NCBI GenBank assembly: GCA_026025075.1
Contig: JAPEUI010000072.1
Coordinates: 62,001-89,774 of the forward strand
Length of the DNA: 27,774 nucleotides
DNA from: Vezdaea acicularis
Taxonomy: Eukaryota
Direction of reading: 5' to 3'
In this document: one piece after another, positions 1 through 10,338 of the stretch
Layout of the letters: each line of letters starts with the position of its first letter
Numbering within the stretch: the stretch's first letter is position 1
Program-made: the position numbers and the translations under genes
Notes under the pieces: generated by a model
Seen by the model: the letters and a program-made list of their open reading frames with translations, nothing else
Told to the model about the DNA's origin: nothing
The model's database searches: none

Positions 1-318
1 CCTACTTCGCCTACCCGTAGTACGCTTCGGTTCCTGGAAAATGACTTCAACGGGTGGTTGCTGGGATAGCTGCTGCCCGAGCTGGAGATCTGAGAAGAGA
101 TCAGGCGTGTAAAAGGTGGACTGCGATATCCCTGCGATGCTAGTTGCGTCTGTGAAGGATACTGTTACGGGCGTTACTGGGCTCGAACTAGAGCCGCTTG
201 AAGGTGTTGTGGGTACTGATAGATATTGAGATATAGCTTGAGTGTTTCTCTGTCTATTTGCCTGGTTTTGTTGACTGCTTGAGCTGTAGTCTGAAGGGTT
301 GTAGTACTGGTAGGACAT
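1..318 (-). CDS. Partial (3'-truncated by window edge) S/Q/T/P-rich protein, possibly the N-terminus of a transcription factor
   Basis: ATG at 318 in AAAATG context opens 106 stop-free codons to the window edge: MSYQYYNPSDYSSSSQQNQANRQRNTQAISQYLSVPTTPSSGSSSSPVTPV...QEPKRTTGRRSR. Low-complexity region ending in a basic patch. Missing from the ORF track because it has no stop in the window. Confidence 0.6.
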   Translation of the reverse strand, partial: MSYQYYNPSDYSSSSQQNQANRQRNTQAISQYLSVPTTPSSGSSSSPVTPVTVSFTDATSIAGISQSTFYTPDLFSDLQLGQQLSQQPPVEVIFQEPKRTTGRRSR

Positions 319-1669
319 TTTGAACTAGGGGGACCCTGCAGCATACTAAATAGTATTGCGACAACCGTGACTTCCGGGTAAGGCCTGTAGTGCTTACACG
401 CACGTCCAGGGGGTGGTGGAGTTCTAGAAGCAAGAAAGAGGCAATGGAGAAGATCAGTGTGATAGAGAGTTCGTATTGCATGAACGGATGCAACTTGATG
501 AACGAGCAGATTTGAAATGCAAGAAATAGTCGTTGCTTTTGCCTTCCAAAACGAAAGGCATGATGGTGCAGCGAGATTTAACAGTCTTTAAGGATCATCT
601 GAGTCTGGCTGTGAAGCAATTTCTCTTCACCAACACAAGCCCTGATGATGGTTCTCACAATAAGCTCCAGGATCAATCGGCCTTCCTTCGACGTAGAGAG
701 CCTGCTATGCCTCTTACGATCACGTCCCCGTGGCGCGTAGAAGCTGGAACGAGGGTGTGGCTGAAGTAAGATGAGGCAGAGGCACGGGCTTGGACCCAGA
801 AGGAGATCATGATTGGCGAATTTGGGAGTGAAGTTGAAGCTCTATGAATCCGGAAGATTTTGAGTCCGGGAGAGCAGCCGTTTGGTAGTAAGAACTCAGC
901 TGTGAGAGGACAACGTAAGGCTCCCCAAACATCAGCGCGAGGTTGATTCCACCCAGGTCGGAGGGAAGCCTTAGGACAGCTGTAGCAATAGTGCAAGTCA
1001 GACGGCGGCTACAAAGGCCCGGAACGGCACGTAGATGACGGACGAGAGCCTGGAGAAAGGGATCCTTTGGTACTCCAGTGAACCGACCAAATTGGCTCAG
1101 CCGCATGCAGAAAGGTGCGCCTGTGTTAGGAAAGCGGGCTGGACAGTAACAAGGTCACACCATGTGCGATTATGCGATAGATGTTCAAGCGAGTGTGGAA
1201 CAGAGGAAGTGTTGACAGTCGCAGAGTATGATTTTTGCATGTTGAAGTTCAAATGGGTAATAGGTGCAAGGCGCAGGGCTGCAGGAGTCGCTTAGCGCTT
1301 ACGCGAACCGTTATTTTGGGCCATCGCTTAATCGCCCGAGGCAAAAGGAGGCATTGCTTCGCTGAGTCGGATCTCAGCAAATGCACCGAAGCAAGCATCG
1401 AAATCAGACTCACTTCGTCATGAATGGCAGCAAAAGATGCTTATCCGGTGCCGGGTCATCGGAAGTCGTGGGCAGTGGGTAACCAAAAGGGGGACTATCG
1501 ACTGAAGTGATGCGATCGCCTGGCCGGTGTCTTCACTTGGCGTTGCAAACAAACTATCTTGATGCTGTCATCAAATGTAATCTTGCGAACATTCAATGAT
1601 CCGCAGCTATCCCCATTTGGAAAGCCCCATGGTCAACCAGCCCGGATGATAAGCGCGGGAACGGGGAGA

Positions 1670-1693
1670 GGGCAGCGGGCAGCGGGCAGCGGG
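1670..1693 (+). repeat. (GGGCAGC)3-GGG tandem repeat; G-quadruplex-consensus motif
   Basis: Directly visible gggcagc gggcagc gggcagc ggg, with an additional GGGG at 1663-1666. Confidence 0.8.
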
Positions 1694-2649
1694 GTCTTCC
1701 GCCACTCCCTCCGTCGCATCGCGCAAAGACTGCAACTCTAACTGTGCGGTAACGGGGGGCGCGCAAGAGAAGGGATTTGCGGGTTGTTCGTCGGACGTCA
1801 GACCCAAGTAGCAGAACCGCGAGGGATCGACGTAGGTGCCAGCGGTAGGGCTGAGTCAATGTATAGCAGGGTTTACATGTGCCCAGCACATTGAACATGC
1901 ACCTCTTGCTTCCTCGTGGCGTTTAGAAATATTACGGATCGCTGCGCTGAGTGGGGAGGCTCCCTTTGCCTTGCACCGTGGTTTTGATCAGTGGAACGCA
2001 TGACGAAAGCGCTATTGATTCAATGGAGCTCTGGCTTATCATATCTCACGCGAGATCCGAGCCGTTGCTCTAGGCGTGACAAAGCATGGGCCGCTCTCTT
2101 ACTGCGAAGCCAGGGTTAAGTTCAGGCCTGCCCTTTTGAGGCAAGACTTTCCGCGCTCTTGACCCACGGCTTCCTGCTCGTCTGTCCCTCTTCGCGAAGG
2201 AAAGTAGGTGTTTGCTGCCAGCCCATTTGAAGCAGTAGGCAAAATTGATTGCGCATATGGTTCCCCCACAGCTAAAAGCCACAGGCTCGGAGGCACAGAC
2301 CGCCATGCCGCGAGCATAGCCCCGGACATGATACGCCAAAGAAAGCAGAGATATAGTATTTTCGAGCTCATCACGAGAATATTCATTATAGGTTGCCAAC
2401 GATCTTGGAACTGCTGAGAGTAACGCATGTTGATCAGTAGACATGCCCACTTTTCGCTTATGCGCATTCAATTTTTTCGAACCTAGCGCCATGGCTTTCT
2501 CCCCCTGGCCAAAGCCTGCACATCGCGGAACCCGTACAAAGTGCTCTGGTGGCAACGATCGCGACTTCTCTTGGCATAGTGACTGTCACGACCTTCGTCA
2601 GCGAGCGTGAAACCAGAGTTAGGGACGGAAGTCGGTGGGCGATGCCAGC

Positions 2650-4919
2650 ATGTTGGACCTTTGTGCCTTCCCGGATACCATTCATGGCGATCTGCCCCTG
2701 ATTCAGACAAGTTTAGCCGGCCCAAGTATTGCCATCACGATTCTTACTCTGATCATATGTATCTACGGTGCTCTCTGGCTCCTGAGAAGTTCAGACGAAG
2801 TGGCGGTTGACTTCATTGTTGAGGTGCCGGATCAATGTAACCCTAGCTGGAGTGGCAAAATTCTCGACTCCCCAAGCTTGAAGGTTAGTAAACTTCAGAG
2901 ATCGTCGTTGAAAGTTACTCAAGCATCAATTAGATTCCTGGCTCTAGTGCCATTCAGTGCTATTGCCCTGCCAATGGGAGGCTATTGGAAACTGTCGACT
3001 CGGCTACGCCTGCTACGAGTAGGTGCTCGTTGTGATGCTGAGGCTTACCTGGGACCAGACCTTCCTCGCTCACACAGATGTAGTCGATAGAGCTATCGCG
3101 AAAGCACGTGAAGCACAGCTGGACTGGGCCAAGACTAGCTTCGTGGAAAGGCGAAAAGTGCTGCAATCTATGCTGAAGTCAGTAGGGATTTCCGGATCGG
3201 CTTTTTTACACCCCTTTAATACGCCGATAGGTACATCTTGGATAACCAGGAGAACATCTCTACTGCTGCCTGTCTTGACTCAGGCAAGACGCGGATCGAT
3301 TCTTCGTTCGGTGAAATCTTAGTCACTGCAGAGAAACTAAAGTGGACGATACTACACGGCGAAAAAGCTTTGAAGGCTGAGCGGCGCCCTACGAGCCTTT
3401 TGATGTCCTATAAAATCAACGAAGTTCGATGGGAACCCCTAGGTGTTGTGGCTGCATGTGTAAGCTGGAAGTAGGTAAGCTATTACCGCTGAATCCGATA
3501 GGGTAGCCACTGACAGCCCTACGCAGCTATCCTGTACGTTGTGCATCCCAACCTTAAATCTTTGAAAGCAAAAGACATACCTCCACGAAGGCCATTATGG
3601 CCTAATTGTTGTTGTAACGAGGCGGTTAACGACGTCTTTTCCGTGCCCTTGCTTTGCAAAGAATATTCAATCCAGAATTATGTCAATCGCCTCGCCTTGC
3701 TGTCTCTTCTCTACAGTATAAGGTTGGAACAAGTAATGCTGACAAAGGCTAGTTTCACAACCTCCTAGGACCTATAATCTCTGCTATCTTCGCAGGAAAC
3801 GGAATCATCGTAAAGGGTTCGGAAGCAACGGCTTGGTCATCAACATACTTTGTCAATATTGTCAAAGGCGCACTCCAAGCCTGCGGCCATTCACCAGACC
3901 TGGTTCATGCCGTTGTGTGTTGGCCAACTGTTGCACCTTATCTGACGTCACATCCAGAGATTAGCCATCTCACATTTATAGGCTCTCGAAACGTTGCGCG
4001 TGCTGTGGCCGCTTCAGCTTCAAAGAGCTTGACGCCCCTCTGCGTGGAGCTTGGAGGCAAAGATGCGGCCATAGTTCTGGATGATGTCAAGAACCTAGGA
4101 AAGGTCGCAAGCATACTTCTCCGAGGAGTTTTCCAGAGCAGCGGACAAAACTGCATTGGCATTGAACGTATCATTGCATGTCCGCAAACTTACTCCAAAC
4201 TCGTCTCTCTTCTCGAACCACGGGTTAGAAGTTTACGTCCAGGCAGCATCCTTGAAGATGGGGATGGTGTGGATGTTGGGGCTATGATATCAGATGCAAC
4301 TTTTGATCGACTTGAGCGTCTTATAGATGATGCTGTTCAACATGGTGCCCGGTGCTTGGCTGGTGGAAAACGTTTCAACCATTACCTGCATCCCCATGGC
4401 CACTACTTCTCTCCTACACTTCTAGTGGATGTCACTGCGGATATGATGATTTCGCAAGAGGAGACATTTGCACCCATAATGGTACTGATGAAAGCACAAG
4501 ATATGGACGAAGCAATCCAGCTTGCGAACTCTACGGAATTTGGACTTGGAGCTAGCGTCTTTGGCGATGACACGAAAGCACTGGAGAAAGTCACTACCCA
4601 GTTAACGACAGGAATGGTCAGTGTTAATGACTTTGCTGTCTACTATGCAGTACAGTTACCTTTTGGTGGGGTTAAGGGCTCTGGATACGGCAGATTTGCC
4701 GGCGAAGAAGGTTTACGTTCCCTCTGTAATACGAAAGCCGTCTGCAGAGATCGGTTCCCTCGGCTGATAAGCACTGCAATTCCGAAGCCTTTAAATTACC
4801 CCATCTTAAGCGTCGCCAGGGGCTGGGAAATGTGCCAAGGCATCGTGGAGCTAGGATATGGCGAGACCCTTGGGAGACAAGCCAATGGATTATGGAAACT
4901 AATTCAACATTCAATGTAA
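2650..4919 (+). CDS. MSC7: Aldehyde dehydrogenase, MSC7-like, with N-terminal membrane anchor. Exons 2650-2883, 2934-3018, 3078-3177, 3231-3470, 3527-3533, 3753-4919
   Basis: Spliced product has an N-terminal TM segment, IQCYCPANG, EPLGVVAACVSWNYPFHN, FIGS, catalytic ELGGKD and GQNC, EETFAP and PFGGVKGSGYGRF motifs. All five introns are GT-AG and keep the frame. Confidence 0.9.
3534..3752 (+). ncRNA. Candidate structured intronic RNA (H/ACA-snoRNA-like or cis-regulatory) in ALDH intron 5
   Basis: 219-nt intron versus 50-59 nt for the other four introns. Complementary pairs: 3548-3556/3719-3727, 3559-3571/3649-3662, 3570-3576/3634-3640, 3589-3594/3598-3603, 3608-3614/3627-3633, 3618-3627/3685-3694. 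AGAATA (ANANNA) at 3660-3665 and ACA at 3713-3715. Confidence 0.55.
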
Positions 4920-5135
4920 TCAGAAGGAATTCAGGTTCACATTTAGAGTTAAAATCAGATAGATTAAAGTTAGACTGGTTCCAAGTGCTAGTTCCCATTA
5001 TCGCGCCTTCTCGTCACGAATGCCACGAATATTAAGCAACACCACTAATCTTCGAGCAAGCTTTCGCCAACAGAAACCTTTTCACTTTCTTTCCCCTTTT
5101 GTGAACCCCATGCTATACTCAAGACTACTGTAAAG

Positions 5136-7309
5136 ATGGACCCATCGCCTTCTAAAAGCAAGAGGCCAGCACTCTTTCTAACGCCAGTCGGTACCCCCTT
5201 GGCAACGCCATACCGATCACAGCGGACCTCTGCTGCACCAACGCCATCTATATCAATGACTTATTTACCCTTCCGGACTGCGTTTTCAAGCCGCCCATCA
5301 CCACTGTATTCAGTAAGTGGCCTAAATAGTATATCTGGATACACAGGGTACAGAATTCGCCGCGTTTTGGCAAGTCGTCTCATTTGGGTTCTAATATGTT
5401 GCTTCGGAGTCCTCTTCTGGTGGAGTCATGGTGGCGGGCCAGAACTTGATATTGGCAAATCCGGAACGGGATTTCTTCATGAGAGGGTGTTCAAGCAAGA
5501 CTTGAAAGATAACTTACTGTTTTTCCCCGCTAACAATCCGAAGATACATGTGAGTACATGGGATAACAAAATGATGGGTATCACCATTGATGTAATTTGA
5601 AGTACGTAGGTCGCTGGACTGCAACCCCTAACCGCCTGCGCAAGGATGGTCTGTTTCCAGGTAAGTGATAGCCACGAGAAATTAGGTCTTCTCATCGTAA
5701 GGCCTGTTAATCGTGGATGTAGGTGTTTACTTCGATGTAAAAATTACAAACACTAGTAGCGTCTATCTTGCGATCCACAACACTGAGATTGACAGAGTAG
5801 AATCTTCAATGGGTCTCCCAAGCCCCTCCTCAAAGTTAAATGTCGGTCATGTTTCGTTTCACTCATCACTCTCCCGGAGTCCGGCAGGGCCAATCTCCTT
5901 ATTGGCACGAATCGATGAAGAAGAGTACATACTCCTGCCAAATTCAACAGACCTTGTCGCCATTAGCATTGGAGATCTGAGTCGTAGCAGTCCGCATGAC
6001 ATAAGAATTATAGCGCCGATGACAGACGACGGTGGCCAAGGAATATTTGAATTTGAAGGCATCTGGCTAGAGGAAGGTGGAAGGCTTTTGAGAGTGGATG
6101 GCTCTCAGACAGAAGAGATAGAATATGATGAAGCTCTCGACGCAGAGAGCAAAGACATTGGCAAGGAACATAGACGTGGGCTCGGTAGATTGTGGGAGAA
6201 ATCTGAGGCGGTAAAGGCACCTGTTGCTCCAGAAGCACTTGGCGACGTTGATGAAGGTTATGACTCTTTGGAGGAAAAGAAGAGAGTGCTGGAAGTTCTC
6301 ACGGACACCCCTGGCTCCATGGGCCACCGTAGCTCTATAACTCGGACTGGTGGCAGTGATGGCTTACTAGGTGGTGTTATGGGTTGGGAATATCTGCTCG
6401 GCGAAATGTTCAGCATCGATCACGTCGGTATCGGTGTAGATGGTATGTGCCTTACGCAACACTGCATTGGTGGTACAGGAGAGCCCGCAGGTCTTGGGGA
6501 TGTATTTTTTAGAAGGTATGATCCGGCTTTGCTCCGCATGGCATGAAAGAAACCTTGCTGACATCTTCGCTTGAGTGGGCCCGTTGGTTCAGCATATTTC
6601 CAAAATTTATGGATGTTTCAAACTTATACACCAGATGTTCTCGTAAGCCCAGCTTTAGAAGTATCAAGCATTGACGGCTAACGTGAAGTTGAAGATTCTG
6701 AACCTCGGAGGTTCAGATGCGGAGTCATTTGATAAGCAGATCGCAAGTTATAACGAAACATCTTGGGAACTATATGAGAGATTTGAAGAGTCCTACGTGT
6801 CTCTTATCAAGGCCATTCGCCAGCTTGCTTATCCAAAGCATCCGGCAATGGCGAGATCACCATCGGCTCGGACGCACTATCCCACGATGAACATGGCTCC
6901 TGTATCAATTCCTATATTCATCATGCGCCCACTGAGAGGCCAATTTGAACACGCGACGCTAGGAGTTGTTCGCCGCCTACGCACCGACGGTGACAAGTCT
7001 GTGTTCTGGGTCGATACTTCTGGCTGGTTGGATTCTACAGACACCACGTCGGAGGACCGTGACTTTTGGCTTGATGAAGCAGCAAGCCCCTCACGATGGC
7101 ATCTTACGGAGCGTGGAAACCAAAGGGTAGCTATTTTCCTGCACATGCACGTCTGTCGATATCTTGCAGACAATACAGAGAGATGCCCGTTCTTACCCCC
7201 GGAGGTTTATCAGGGCAAGGTCTTTGACTCAGAGGCTGCCAACTTTGATAAATACTTAGAAAATGAAAGAGAGCACAAGCTGAAGAAGCTTTTCTGGGAA
7301 AGGGACTGA
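5136..7309 (+). CDS. Type II membrane-anchored SGNH/GDSL-like protein (probably degenerate catalytic motifs). Exons 5136-5549, 5603-5660, 5723-6515, 6576-6642, 6695-7309
   Basis: Single TM segment (LIWVLICCFGVLFWW). YVGRW...FPGVYF resembles the N-terminal beta domain of CE2-type SGNH esterases. PDVLILNLGGSD resembles block III and WHLTERGN resembles block V. Four frame-preserving introns. Confidence 0.7.
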
Positions 7310-7906
7310 AATGGAAGGCGGATTATCATTAGTGCATCATGATGATATAGTACACTACTGGCTCCAATACGTTTCCGAAAAGAGATTGCAGCGCACTCTT
7401 AGCCTGTTGCTGCCTTCCCCTACATTGATTCAAAGGAGATAATCCCAACATACTCAAAGTTGAAGCAGAATACGATCGCGTGGAGGCTAGTTACCGATCT
7501 TAGCACATAGATATAACATAGAAGAAAGAAATAGATAAAACTTAGCCCAATCCGGTCTCGCTATGGAAACTAATGCTTGATGCGACTGATGACGCATAAT
7601 GAGCGAAGTAAAAGGTTTGGGATGTCTTCACGGTTTACGACAGCAAGAAAACATGTGAATGGAAGAGCTCGATGCAGTAGATTTAAGCCTCAAAGGCCAA
7701 ACTTTTCCCTCTTCTATCTTACAATCTTTATCAGTCGTGGTGGACGATGAATCCAACTATTAGTCTTCGGCGGAACCTAAGTTGACGTCTCATCGCTAGA
7801 GTAATCTACCGAATCCCAACCTCAATCCTTCGCACTTGCCATCCGCACAAGCCTAGAAACTCCTCTTACCATTCAATCACACCTTACTACCCTCAGGCTT
7901 TCCACC

Positions 7907-7989
7907 ATGTAGTCCAAATGGATAATTCACCTACATACGAAAGTCAAAGAGTAAGGAAGCGCTCGCTGATCCAGCATACTCCGAGATGA
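7907..7989 (+). promoter_or_regulatory. Two upstream ORFs before the MFS start: ATG-TAG (7907-7912) and a 23-aa uORF (7918-7989) overlapping the main ATG
   Basis: ccaccATGTAG; ATG 7918 MDNSPTYESQRVRKRSLIQHTPR ends in the TGA of ATGA at 7986-7989. Assumes these lie within the transcript leader. Confidence 0.45.
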
Positions 7990-9825
7990 AGCGTTCGAGA
8001 ATCTCAGCCCTGGAGCGCCGGAAGTCGAGCACGCCGCACTTCCACTATCAAACCTTTCCGACCAAGCCGCCAACCTCTCGGGGTCGTCCACCTTCTCAAT
8101 CTCCCGGCCCCTCAAGATATTACGGAGGGGATTCTCCATCGAACATGCGTGGAAATGGCTCTCATAGCGAATATTCGCCATTGCCTAAATCGCAGCTCAT
8201 CGTTCTTGCGATCATCGCGCTTGCGGAACAGACGGCGTTCAATTCTATAAGCCCATATCTTCCAGAGATGGCTAGCACATTTCCTGAAGTGGATGTTCAG
8301 CAAGTCGGACTATATGTTGGTCTTATTGCGTCATCATTTGCACTGGCGCAGCTTACGACCAATTTTCTCTGGGGCTGGCTATCAGATCGGATAGGACGGA
8401 AGCCCGTGATCCTTATGGGCACACTATTCACAGCTGCTTGTTTCATTGCATTCGGATTTTGCAGGACATTATGGCAAGCCATCCTGGTTCAGTCACTCAT
8501 GGGTTTGGTCAATGGCAACCAGGGCGTGGTGTCTACCTGTCTCGGGGAAATCACAGATCGCAGCAACCAATCTGACGCCTTCACGTACCTGCCAGTAATT
8601 TACGGAATAGGGGCTATAACAGGACCAGCTGTTGGGGGATTGCTCGTAACCCATCGAGACCCATTTGACAGAAGTAAACCGAATGCATATCCCTACCTTA
8701 TACCAAACCTAGTTTCAGCCGTCATTCTCATAGTAGATCTTGTGGTAACAATGATTTTCCTGGAAGAGAGCTTAGAACAAGCCAAAAACCTTCCCCCTTT
8801 GGGTTCTCGACTAGGCAGTCTCTTCACATGGCTTTGGCAGTTTACAAGCTCGAGTCGGCCAAGCTACCTTAGAATAGGGAAGGCGCGGCATACTGCAGAT
8901 GGTGGTCTTTCAGGCATTGCAGAGAATGATGATGATGGCTCAGATGCAGCTTCACAGCATTCTATGCCAACTGTCTTGCCCAAGAACTCGACTAGGTTTA
9001 ACGCCAGGAAAATTCTTGATCGCGATACCCTCCTTCTTCTCGGTACTTATCTTCTCTTCCAGCTCGCAAATATCTCATTTAACTCTCTGTACCCTATATT
9101 TTCCTCGTCGCCGGAGCCAACCGGTCGAAATCTATCACCGGAGTTCATTGGACTCTCCTTGTCTTTTGCCGGAGTACTTACCATCTTATTCCAGATTGGT
9201 ATTTTTGGCAAGCTTCGAGAGAAGATTGGTAACAAAATCACCTATCGAGCTAGTATTGGTGGCTTTGTGATTGCCTTTTTATTGATGCCATGGGTTGGCC
9301 ACAAAGAGAGTGCCGGATTTCCGGGACTCGGTCAGGGCAAAGTTTGGCTGTATGCCGAGATTGGTTTCGTTCTACTGGTCAAGACTCTGGCCGCTGTGGC
9401 CGGCTTGACTGCCGCTCTTTTGCTTGTAGGTTTACCGCATTTCCTGTGGAGCTGCCCCGTTGAAGACTGGTTTTGCTCAATTTTCCTAGATTACCAACTC
9501 TGCGCCTAATCACAGTGTTCTTGGCGCTCTCAACGGACTGGCTCAAACACTATCTGCAGCCGGGCGAGCTATAGGGCCTTTCCTTAGTGGCGGTCTCTTC
9601 TCCCTTGCCACACGAGTGAGACCGAAGGGCGAAGCGCTTGCTTGGGGCATCTTTGGCGGAATAACTTTCATCGGTTTCCTCCTTAGCTTCGGGATACGAA
9701 GCGACGGCCTGGAAGCAGAAGGTTGGGACGAAGAAGCTGATGGGACATCAACTATGGAAGCTGAATCTAGCAACGTGCGCAATGGAGATCGCGCTCGACT
9801 ACTTGACAATGAAGAGAGCGGATGA
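7986..9825 (+). CDS. Major facilitator superfamily transporter (DHA1/YCR023C-ZIFL-like). Exons 7986-9425, 9490-9825
   Basis: MFS motif A GWLSDRIGRKPV and about 12 hydrophobic segments. One GTAGGT..CTAG intron joins the ORF to ITNSAPNHSVLGALNGLAQTLSAAGRAIGP. Confidence 0.9.
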
Positions 9826-10338
9826 AAATGAATGGCGCTAAAAGGGTTTGCAATTATAGAGGGCGTTCCAAAAGAGCTTTTACTACGTTCATATGCATAC
9901 TTGGCGTTCCAAGCGGATGATTCGGTTTCTTTTTTTCGTTAGATTTGCCATGGTAAATCTAAAGCCAAGCAAATAGTCTTTCCTAGGCGTTATGTAAACG
10001 AAGGGATGTGTAGATTTACCGCCTCGGCGACATACTGATGGCAAGCAAAAAGCTCGCGACTTATATTTATATAATGATTACAGAGGACTAAAGTCATCAA
10101 CAGACTAAAAATATGTCTTTTCTTATCCTTGTAATCACTTCGAGCCAATAATTCGATGTCTGTAGGTCATCTCCAGCTAAGCCAAGAAAGCCACAATTTT
10201 TCGCGAATACTCAGCCATCCTTTCATGTTCAAGAACAGGGTGGATCCCCCAGAGGTAGGAGATAATATATCAGCACTCAGCGCAGTATCAGCGCCCCTTC
10301 TTAAGGTTGAGAATCTCAATCTGAGGAAGTGCTCAGAG

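Noticed and set aside
642..765. TGATGA ... CTGA pair suggesting a C/D snoRNA
   Set aside because: Box C lacks the leading purine, no terminal stem, and no recognisable rRNA-antisense element.
533..2555. Many 60-161 aa ORFs on both strands in the left intergenic region, e.g. 2070-2555 (-)
   Set aside because: Often non-ATG starts, no recognisable motifs, overlapping frames and no coherent splice model; consistent with chance ORFs.
3674..3706. Possible pairing of the second hairpin to the LSU rRNA segment GAGACAGGUUAGUUUU
   Set aside because: Based on a remembered rRNA sequence. The unpaired dinucleotide would be GU rather than UN, so it does not fit a standard pseudouridylation pocket.
3471..3752. 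Stwintron (nested intron) reading of GTAG-GTAAGC, and TPP riboswitch or hammerhead reading of the long intron
   Set aside because: Nested splicing would delete the essential NYP codons. The conserved TPP (CUGAGA) and hammerhead (CUGAUGA) cores are absent.
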